Part shown: positions 29,916 to 42,669 of the stretch, one piece after another
Numbering within the stretch: position 1 is the first letter of the stretch
Layout of the letters: each line of letters begins with the position of its first letter
Assembly (NCBI GenBank): GCA_964016885.1
Contig: OZ024742.1
Span: forward strand, 44,144,001-44,208,000
DNA from: Eledone cirrhosa
Lineage: Eukaryota
DNA length: 64,000 bases
Direction: 5' to 3'
Position numbers and translations under genes: made by a program
Notes under the pieces: generated by a model
What the model was told of the DNA's origin: nothing
The model's database searches: none
Seen by the model: the letters and a program-made list of their open reading frames with translations, nothing else

Positions 29916-30053
29916 CTGTTACTGCAGCGCTTAGGGGTGGCGGTGAGAGATAAATTCCCTCCCGGATAAGATACTCGTATATCGCAGAGGTAAATTTTCT
30001 ATGCGAAGAATTCATCTCTGTCGCTACTGCTCTCGGTGGTGAATGATATCCAA
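29916..30053 (-). CDS. Candidate 138-nt exon of the minus-strand gene ((V)GYHSPPRAVATEMNSSHRKFTSAIYEYLIREGIYLSPPPLSAAVT)
   Basis: Non-repetitive CpG-rich sequence; acceptor TTACAG|, donor CAG|GTGATA; phase 1-1, compatible with exon 23646-23690. Confidence 0.45.
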
Positions 30054-30168
30054 CTGTAATTCTTGACAGTGTGTGTGTGAGTGTGTATGAGAGAGAGAGA
30101 GAGAGAGAGAGCGTTAGCTCAGTGTCTTGGATACAGCCACAACATAGCGACGGCGATAGCATACGAAC

Positions 30169-30221
30169 CTTTGACATGACCTCTCATCTGGTTGTCAAGT
30201 ACCCTATCTACGCTGCTGTTT
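30169..30221 (-). CDS. Candidate upstream exon (NSSVDRVLDNQMRGHVK)
   Basis: Acceptor TTTTTCTTAAAAG|, donor AAG|GTTCGT (weak); ends in phase 1 and joins 29916-30053 in frame. ATG at 30187-30185. Confidence 0.35.
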
Positions 30222-31389
30222 CTTTTAAGAAAAATATATTATTTTTAAATCTTCAGATTTTGCGCATTTGCTAAAGTTTAGTGTCATAAACTCAGTCTAC
30301 TAAACACTACAGCGTCAACTTCACCACTAAAAACATCTTGCAGATGTATTCATGCATTTTGTGTATTAGGTAAGATTTAGTGGGTAAAAACTTAGTCTAT
30401 AGACCACTATAATGCAAATTTAATTACGAAAAGGATTTAAATGTATTACATAACTTTAGTATCGTAAACTTAATACTCCATCACTTATTTGGTCACGGAG
30501 TATATTATTTTTAATTCTTCAGATAAAATGAATTTATTACACGTCTCTCATTATCTGTGTTGTTGCTTAGCCCCAGGTCAGATCTGATCAAGTAGATCTT
30601 AAAAGGCATATAGGTCCCCCCCCCCCCCCAATGCATCGAATCCTGGGCCATATTATCTAACGTCTCTTTTCTTTTTAAAGACAACAAAATTATATTTGAG
30701 GAAGAATTAACTGCTATTTCTAGCATGTAGAGTGACCACGTAGAGGCACCCTCGCTGGCTCGTTTCATCACCCTTGTTTATATTTATGTTTATGCTATTT
30801 CTAACAGGTAGAGCAACCACCTTGTTGATGCTATCTGTTGGTTTGTCTCCCCACCCTTGTTTATATTTGGTGTCAAAAACGTAATATCTATTAATTACTA
30901 TAACCGCTAATTTCGTTGAAAAAATATTTTATCTTTAATCCTTCAAACCCCTTATATTTCATAGTTCGCTGCACCCTTGTTTACGTTTAGTATCGGAAAT
31001 TTAAGGTTTACCAATGCATGTTGTCATTTGTAAACATAACACATTGATACTGTTACTTACACACATTCTCCCTTATTTCAATACATTTATTATAAAATTT
31101 AAATTGTTTGTTGTCGTTTTGCTGATAGTCTTTGATTTTCCAAAATCACTTCCGAATCTTTTTAGCATTAAAAACAATAATTTTAATTTGGGGAATGAAC
31201 ATAAGAAATATAATTATTACAGTATCAACTTTCTTATTATTATCATCAACGGCATACATATATGACATCATATTTTTTCATCGGCGGGAGGAAAGACTAA
31301 GTGTTGGTAGCGGAAATAATTACAAATGAATAATGCTAACTTCGTCTCTAATTCATGTTGGGAATGGCAATGCAAGGTTGACAGTCAGA

Positions 31390-32350
31390 AATATGATATT
31401 GATTTCGAATAAATGCCACAAGATCATAAACGGCATTTGGAGAGGGATATCATCGATTAAATCAAACCAAAGTATTTAACTGGTACTTTATGTTATCGTT
31501 CACAGGAAATTGTGATTTCTAACATAAACAGAATGTCATAGAATTAGGGGAAGGGGTGCGTACAGTCGGATCGATCAATCGATTCAGTACTTGACTACAC
31601 GACTGCTACTTATTTTATTGACCCAGGAAGGATGAAAGGTAAAATCAACTTGGGCGGGATTTGAACTCAGTTCATACAAAAAAAAAAAACAAAAAAAACA
31701 AATCCTCTTAATACTTGAAGGTATTTCATCCGGTGCTCTTCTGATTCTGCAATCAGTCATTATTAATAATAAATCTGGAACTATATTAAGCGTGGTGAAA
31801 GATCAATCAGTTGTGATCGAGGTTGCGATATATTCACAATACGAATATACTTGATAAACGACACATCAGCCCCCACCTTGCAAATATGAGGTCACTAAAT
31901 AATTATTTCTAATTTAGGCACAGGGCCAACAATTTTTTTAAGGGAAAAGAAACTTTATCTTATCAACCTCGAAAGGATAAAATGCAAAGTTGACCTCGAC
32001 AGGATTTGAACTCCGAACGTAAAGAGCCGGGACAAATACTGCTAAGCATTTGTCCAACACCTAAAAATCCCTGAGGTCACTAAATAATAATAATTTTGTT
32101 ATTATAATAATGATTCATGACATAGGAACAATATCACTCAGTTTTGTGGAGAGGGAATTCATCAATTAAATCGACCCCAGTGGTTGACTAGTAAAGTACC
32201 AGTCAAACATTTTATCAACACCAACCCCAGAAGGGTCGATAAAATGCTTTGACAGGTACTCAACGAGAGTTGAACTTAGAATGTAAGAAAGCTGTAATCA
32301 AACACCACAATGCAGTCTGTCCAATGCTTAACCAATTCTAGCAAATAGCA
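31390..32350 (-). mobile_element. Several old Meta-domain SINEs
   Basis: GGATGAAAGG.AAA.T..AC.T.G.CGGGATTTGAACTC motifs. Confidence 0.7.
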
Positions 32351-33119
32351 ATGAATTATAGATAGGGTCTTTGTGTTTCGTCGGAAAACAAAACAAAAGC
32401 TATATTATGAAACGATTCTGATGTTCTAACTGCAACACTAAAAACAGTCCTAGCTTCAATTTCTGTTGAAGTCATATCGCTTTATTCAAAATGTTTTTTT
32501 TTTCCGAAGGAAGACACGATTTCCAGTTCTTATATTCCATTTATCATTAAACAAATGAAACAGGGAGCTGACAGAAGATTAGCTTAATGTGAATATTATA
32601 TAATGTAAATGAAAACAAGCAAACACGCGCGCCCGCCACACACCTGCCTGCTGTTTGTTTGCTTTCTCTAAAAAATAAGGATGCGCGATAAAGATTGAAA
32701 AAATATGAAAATTAATTAGATTTCCTTTAACTGGATAAAATCTCTTGGAAAAGTGTTTATCTTCGAAAAAAAAGTGCATGATTGTCAAAGCTTTATATAT
32801 ACACCTTTTCATTAAAAAAAAGAGTAGGGAGCTCGCAATTGATTAGCCGATGCAAATATTATATAATATATACCTAACTACCTGGCTATTCGCTAGCTAC
32901 CACCAAAAAATTATTACTATGCCAGCTAATTTACAGATAAGGGATTCAGAATTAAAAGCAAAGAAAAAATTAACCGAAAACTCCCTTCTAATTAGAAACG
33001 AAAGTAAACTAGAAAAGTGTTCTTGGAAAAGAAATCCCCTCTCTCGCCAGAGAAAAACTACAACAGAACAGAGAGAAAGACACACAACACAATATTATCT
33101 ATCAGAAATGAAATGAAAG

Positions 33120-33775
33120 TGAAGAGAGAAAAGTGAGGATATAATACATGGAAAAAGGAAAAAAAAACAAAAAACTAAGGATGTGACCTAGATGTGTCTA
33201 CTGGATGAGATACATTATAGGGTGGGAGAGAGAGATAGAGAAAGCGAGAGGGAAAAGGTTGTTTTATATATATAAGGGAGAAGAGAAAGTAAGAGGCAGT
33301 AATAGGAAGACAGAGAGAAACAGAACACCTTGCCAAGTGTGCACATGGTTTTGAAGATAAATATATGTATAATGTAATGAGAGAGAGTGTGAGGGAGATA
33401 GAAATAGTAAGAGCTAAATGCATAACAGAGAAGTGGAAGTGGAGGAGAAATTAGAAAGAGCAAAAGACAAGAGAATAGAGACCAAGTGGCAGAGAGAAAA
33501 CGGGAAAAGGAGAACGAGAATAGGGTAGAATGTAAAGAGCAAACGGCAAAACAGAGAGCAAAAGACAAAAAAAACAGGAAGAGAAAGAAAAAAGGAAGAA
33601 GGAAATAGGAAAGAAAGCAAAAAGACGGAGACGGAAGAAGAGGAAAACAAGAAAAAGGAAAGAAGAGAGAAAAATAGGCGGAGAGAGAGAAAGGGAAAAA
33701 GAAAGACAAAGGGAGATAGAGGGAGAGACAAAAATACTGGAAAGGGAGACAGAATAAGAGAGACGATAAACTGAA
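33120..33775. repeat. Polypurine (GA-rich) low-complexity tract
   Basis: Direct reading. Confidence 0.8.
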
Positions 33776-33794
33776 CGAGCAAGTGATGATTAAA

Positions 33795-33966
33795 TTAACC
33801 AATCAAATGTCGCCGTTGCCTCAGCAAACCACTTCCGGGTAAACGGTAGCGACACACAGTCCCCTGCTCTCTTACACATACACGTGCATACATAAACACA
33901 ACCATACACACACACGTCCGTACACAAACACAACCACACTTACACAAATATGAAGTAAAATGGCGG
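33795..33966. promoter_or_regulatory. Probable core promoter, possibly bidirectional
   Basis: CCAAT box (AACCAATCA 33797-33805), ETS site ACTTCCGG 33831-33838, YY1 motif AAAATGGCGG 33957-33966 overlapping an ATG, local CpG enrichment. Confidence 0.6.
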
Positions 33967-34035
33967 AGCTACTATATCTAACAAACACTGGATTATTGAC
34001 ACTCTTCTATATCTGGCTGTTCTGCAACCAACTAG
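33960..34035 (+). CDS. First coding exon of a gene with a signal-peptide-like N-terminus (MAELLYLTNTGLLTLFYIWLFCNQL)
   Basis: Strong Kozak AAAATGG, hydrophobic peptide, consensus donor AG|GTAAGT in phase 1. Confidence 0.7.
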
Positions 34036-35379
34036 GTAAGTGATTTCATTTAACATTTTATAGTCTGCTGGATCGAATCTCTTTAACGGAATTTAATGGT
34101 CTGTTCTATTGTCGTTATCGTGTTCTCGACTACGCTATATGTCCCAAAATACCACCGTCGCCACCACCATCACTATCACCATTTCACTTCAATTGTCTCC
34201 CCCCTCTCTCCCTCGTTCTTATGTCGACGACAAAATACAGTCGACTTGGATACACACTTAAATATATGTACACATATATATCTATGTATTTATTTACACA
34301 CACGCATATATATAAATATATACGCACACACATAAGTTATGCATGTAAAGACGCACGGAGATTAAATATGCTATATTCCTAATTGTCGTTCACTAGTGCT
34401 CTCATTAGAAAATTCGTGTCTGTCATCGACCCAAACTAAACACATATACACAATTATATATACACACGCATATAACATATATGCATGTATGTATGTACAC
34501 ACACACACACACAAATTAAGTACTCCTGTGTGTATTTCGTTTGTCTATGATTTCTGTCCCTAATTGTTTCCTTTATTTTTTATACCTTCGTACATTCTCA
34601 GAAATTTCGTATTTCTCATTTACATCATACACACACACACACACATATATATTGTGTGTGTTTATCTAGATGTACATGTATATATATATATATACATCGT
34701 TTAATGTGATCATTCAGGAATCGATGACAATAGCCGGCTTATCACATTAAGCAAATATAGGTTTTGGGACACTGTTTTTGAAACAATAACTTATTGTCCA
34801 CTGTATATTTACATATACGTGTGTGTTTGAGATCTATAATAGTGCGTGTTTATATATATATATATATAAAAACATGCACTATATTAATCTCAAACACACA
34901 CACACACACATAAATATGCATTATATAGATCTCAAACACACATATATATGTTATGTATTTCCGTAGAAAAGGTAAAGGAAAGAAGAGTGCTCTATGTATA
35001 GTACAGAGCTATTTAATTACATAAACAACACAATATAATTATTCCATTATATTGGAAATCAAATAATTATATTGTGTTGTTATTATGTAATTAAATTAAT
35101 ATATATATATATGCGAACGCACTATATGTATATTCATATAAATGGGTGTGTATGAAAATGAATAGCTGAATGCATCAATGCAGTTATGTAAACTCATATT
35201 TTGTGCATATATATATGTAAACACTGTTACATGTAAATATATATGTATACACTCATTTATCTATCTATCTATCTATCTGTATGTGCATGAATAAATGCTT
35301 ATAAAGAGTAATATACTTCAACATGCATTATAAATGTTCATATTAATTACATATCTGTTCACGGTCTATATACATATGT

Positions 35380-38234
<2,855 letters not shown>

Positions 38235-38645
38235 TCATCATCATCATCATCATCAGGTTTAGCGTCCGTGTTCCACGCTTGCATGGGTTTGGACGGGGGT
38301 TTTCCCACTTGAGGCAAGAGTGGTTGTCTTGCTCGCATAGGACTGTCTGGCGGGTTTTCTACAGTTGGATGCCCTTCCTAACACCAACCACATTTACAGT
38401 GTGGGGCTGGGAGGTTTTTACCGTGTTGCCTACACGGCCACATTACAGCGTGGACTGTCTGGCGGGTTTTCTACAGCTGGATGCCCTTCCTAACACCAAC
38501 CACATTTACAGTGTGGGGCTGGGAGGTTTTTACCGTGTTGCCTACACGGCCACATTTACAGCGTGGACTGTGTGTTTTTTGTCGTGACACCTACACGATC
38601 TCATTTGTTTCGGCCTGGATGTTGTGGGACCAACATAACTTTACA
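38235..38645 (-). mobile_element. RTE 3' fragment with internal ~113-bp tandem duplication
   Basis: Reverse complement of 26320-26624; the block GGACTGTCTGGCGGG...TTACAGCGT occurs twice. Confidence 0.9.
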
Positions 38646-39185
38646 TATATATATGTATGTATATATATATATATGTATGTATATATATATATATGTATAT
38701 GTATATATGTATATGTATATATGTATATGTATATATATGTATATGTATATATATGTATATGTATATATATGTATATGTATATATATGTATATGTATATAT
38801 ATATATATGTATATATATGTATATGTATATATATGTATATATATATATATGTATATGTATATATATGTATATGTATATATATGTATATGTATATATATGT
38901 ATATGTATATATATATATATGTATATATATGTATATGTATATATATATGTATATATATGTATATGTATATATATATGTATATATATGTATATGTATATAT
39001 ATATGTATATATATGTATATGTATATATATATGTATATATATATATATATATGTATATGTATATATATATGTATATATATGTATATGTATATATATATGT
39101 ATATATATATATATATGTATATGTATGTATATGTATATATATATATATGTATATGTATATATATATGTATATATGTATATATATA

Positions 39186-39218
<33 letters not shown>

Positions 39219-39395
39219 ATATATATGTATATATATATATATATATGTATATGTATGTATATGTATATATATATATGTATATGTATGTATATGTATATAT
39301 ATATGTATATGTATATATATGTATATGTATGTATATGTATATATGTATATGTGTATATGTATATGTATATATATGTATATATATGTATATATATG

Positions 39396-39444
<49 letters not shown>

Positions 39445-39669
39445 GTATATATATGTATATATATATGTATATATATGTATATATATATGTATATATATGT
39501 ATATATATATGTATATATATGTATATATATATATGTATATATATGTATATATATATATGTATATATATATATGTATATATATATATGTATATATATATGT
39601 ATATATATATATGTATATATATATATGTATATATATATATGTATATATATATATGTATATATATATATG

Positions 39670-39700
<31 letters not shown>

Positions 39701-39751
39701 GTATATATATATGTATATATATATGTATATATATATATATGTATATATATG

Positions 39752-39798
<47 letters not shown>

Positions 39799-40063
39799 GT
39801 ATATATATGTATATATATATGTATATATATATGTATATATATGTATATATATATATGTATATATATGTATATATATATATGTATATATATGTATATATAT
39901 ATATGTATATATATATATGTATATATATATATATGTATATATATATATGTATATATATATATATGTATATATATATATGTATATATATATATGTATATAT
40001 ATATATGTATATATATATATGTATATATATATATGTATATATATATATGTATATATATATATG

Positions 40064-40094
<31 letters not shown>

Positions 40095-40150
40095 GTATAT
40101 ATATGTATATATATATATATATGTATATATATGTGTATATATATATATAT
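38646..40150. repeat. (TA)n/(TATG)n array
   Basis: Direct reading. Confidence 0.97.
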
Positions 40151-40488
40151 TCATTTTCATTTTCATTTTACGTCCGCTTTTTCCCTGCTTGCAAGGGTGG
40201 GACGGGAACTGATTTTGGCTTGATTTCTACAGCTGGATGCCCTTCCTAACACCAACCTCATTTACAGTGAGTGCTGGGTGCTTTTTTTCGTGGCACCTCC
40301 ACGACCACTTTGCAGTGGAATGATAGGAACCCCAGTCCCTATCATCTCATTTCTACAGCTGAGTAAACTGGAGCAATGTGAAATAAAGTGTCTTGCTCAA
40401 GGAAACAACACATCACCCAGTCTGAGAATTGAACTCACAACCTTTCGATTGCAAGGCCAATGCTCTAACCACTAAGCCATGTGCCTCC
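40151..40488 (-). mobile_element. Full-length tRNA-CORE SINE with RTE-derived tail and (AAAATG)n end
   Basis: A and B boxes, CORE-like domain, tail homologous to the RTE 3'UTR at 56200-56410; flanked by TA arrays on both sides. Confidence 0.85.
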
Positions 40489-40489
40489 A

Positions 40490-40539
<50 letters not shown>

Positions 40540-40541
40540 TA

Positions 40542-40578
<37 letters not shown>

Positions 40579-40586
40579 ATTATATA

Positions 40587-40636
<50 letters not shown>

Positions 40637-40644
40637 ATTATATA

Positions 40645-40710
<66 letters not shown>

Positions 40711-40720
40711 ATTATATATA

Positions 40721-40754
<34 letters not shown>

Positions 40755-40764
40755 GTGAATTATA

Positions 40765-40798
<34 letters not shown>

Positions 40799-40812
40799 GT
40801 GAATTATATATA

Positions 40813-40842
<30 letters not shown>

Positions 40843-40846
<4 letters not shown>

Positions 40847-41040
40847 GTGAATTAAAATAACAAGGGCGATTGATTACTCCTTCATTACGTTTATTGGTTG
40901 GTGACGCACGTTTCGCCACTGATCAGTTCAAGGTTCGATCTGTATCGATCTTTCCTGACTCTGCAATCCACGGCTCGTCAGACCCCTTATAATGGTAATG
41001 AAGGAGTAACCAATCATCCTTGTTATTTTATTTCACTATA
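40843..41040 (-). mobile_element. 198-bp fold-back mini-element with 46-bp terminal inverted repeats
   Basis: 40843-40888 and 40995-41040 are imperfect inverted repeats enclosing a hammerhead. Confidence 0.8.
40896..40986 (-). ncRNA. Type I hammerhead ribozyme with intact core and extended stem II
   Basis: GGU-CUGACGA-GCC...(~55 nt)...GGC-GAAAC-gugc-GUC^ACC; all invariant core nucleotides present. Confidence 0.75.
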
Positions 41041-41143
41041 AACACTCTGTCTAGCTCTACACCTCGACACTGAAGTGAACCTAAACATCGAGGACTCACC
41101 CGGGTGAACCTACAGTAACTCCAAGTTACACTCCCTGGATATA

Positions 41144-41188
<45 letters not shown>

Positions 41189-41200
41189 CTCTATATATAT

Positions 41201-41260
41201 AGTGGTGCCCCAGCATGGCCTCAGTCGGATGGCTGAAACAAGTAAAAGAGTAAAAGAGTA
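41201..41260 (+). mobile_element. SINE/LINE 3' tail fragment
   Basis: GTGGTGCCCCAGCATGGCC...TGAAACAAGTAAAAGAGTAAAAGA. Confidence 0.6.
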
Positions 41261-41423
41261 ATATGTATGTGTGTGTGTCTGTATATATATGGATATATGT
41301 ATATGTGTGTGTCTGTATATATATATGGATATATGTATTTGTGTGTGTGTGTTTATATATATGGATATGTGTGTCTATATATATATGGATATATGTATAT
41401 GTGTGTGTCTATATATATGTATT

Positions 41424-41457
<34 letters not shown>

Positions 41458-41646
41458 AATATCTAATATAACTAAAAATTGCCTCCTCTGTTTTGTTTGT
41501 TTCATTTATTAATTATATATATCTATCTATATATATTTATTAAATATTTGCTCTACAGTTCTTATATATTTGATATATATTTATCCTTATCGAGCCCTCT
41601 TTGGATTTTAGTCTTCAAATTTAATATTATTACTATATATATATAT

Positions 41647-42178
41647 ATATTGTTATACTTTGAGAGGGTCATGTTGTCAATAAGAAACACACGCACCATA
41701 TGCTTTCACTCCAATTTATTATAAATTAAATTTATAAATTTCCGGTTGGTTGGTTGGTTCCACAACCGGACGGTTGTTCATATATTGTCAAAGTTCTTTC
41801 GTTACACATTCTGTGACCTCTTCAGTGACTGGGGATTCTTCTCTTTGTTTTGTGCTTCTCTTTTGTTCTGTCCTACACCATCTTGTTTTTGTGTGTACAG
41901 AACAAAGGAGAGGCACAAAACAAAGAGAAGAATCCCCAGTCACTGAAGAGGTCACAGAATGTGTGACGAAAGAACTTTGACAATATATGAACAATCGTCT
42001 GGTTGTGGAACCAACCAACCAACCGGAAATTTATAAATTTAATTTATAATAAATTGGAGTGAAAGCAACTGGTGCGTGTGTTTCTTATTGGCAACATGAC
42101 CCTCCCAAAGTATAACAATATCGGTTTCAACACACGTTTTCAGATAAAGAATCTTGCTAAACAAATTCAGAAACGAAA
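41647..42178 (+). mobile_element. PLE-like palindromic element (~225-bp arms) with extra 3' tail
   Basis: 41647-~41875 is the reverse complement of ~41891-42121; tail continues to CAGAAACGAA, then (TA)n. Confidence 0.85.
41939..41981 (+). ncRNA. Minimal type I hammerhead motif (mirror copy at 41787-41829, minus strand)
   Basis: GUCA-CUGAAGA-G-GUCACA(gaaug)UGUGAC-GAAA-GAAC-UU-UGAC. Confidence 0.65.
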
Positions 42179-42202
42179 TATATATATATATATATATAAT
42201 AT

Positions 42203-42281
<79 letters not shown>

Positions 42282-42669
42282 ATATGTGTGTGTGTGTGTG
42301 TATTATTCTCCTCTTACTTTGCTCCACTTTTCAAGTTAAATGACACAACGGTTCAGGTATATTCATATATTGTAAGCGCGTCCATTGAGAATATCGTTAT
42401 GATGTTTGCGAAAATGTAAAACAAATATTTATATCCCAGACAGAAATGTTAACTTTATTTCTATATACTTCTTTTATATAATTGTCTGCTGGTGCATTTT
42501 GTATTTCACTCTATATCTTCACCATTAACAAGAGGAAGGCAACAACGACAACAGTGTCATTAACAACAACAACTCTCCCATTAACAAGAGGAAGCCAACC
42601 CCAGCATCAGTGACACACCTCCAGCGCCCCTTCTTTTCTCTCTTGTTTTCTGGCACCTCTCTATATATA

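Noticed and set aside
33215-33802. Hydrophobic Phe/Leu/Ser-rich membrane-protein-like ORF
   Set aside because: Artefact of the polypurine/polypyrimidine tract.
40415-40488. tRNA gene
   Set aside because: The A/B boxes belong to a SINE head that runs into CORE and LINE tail; no convincing cloverleaf.
41746-42018. Mirror-image ORFs on both strands
   Set aside because: Consequence of the palindrome; non-ATG starts.
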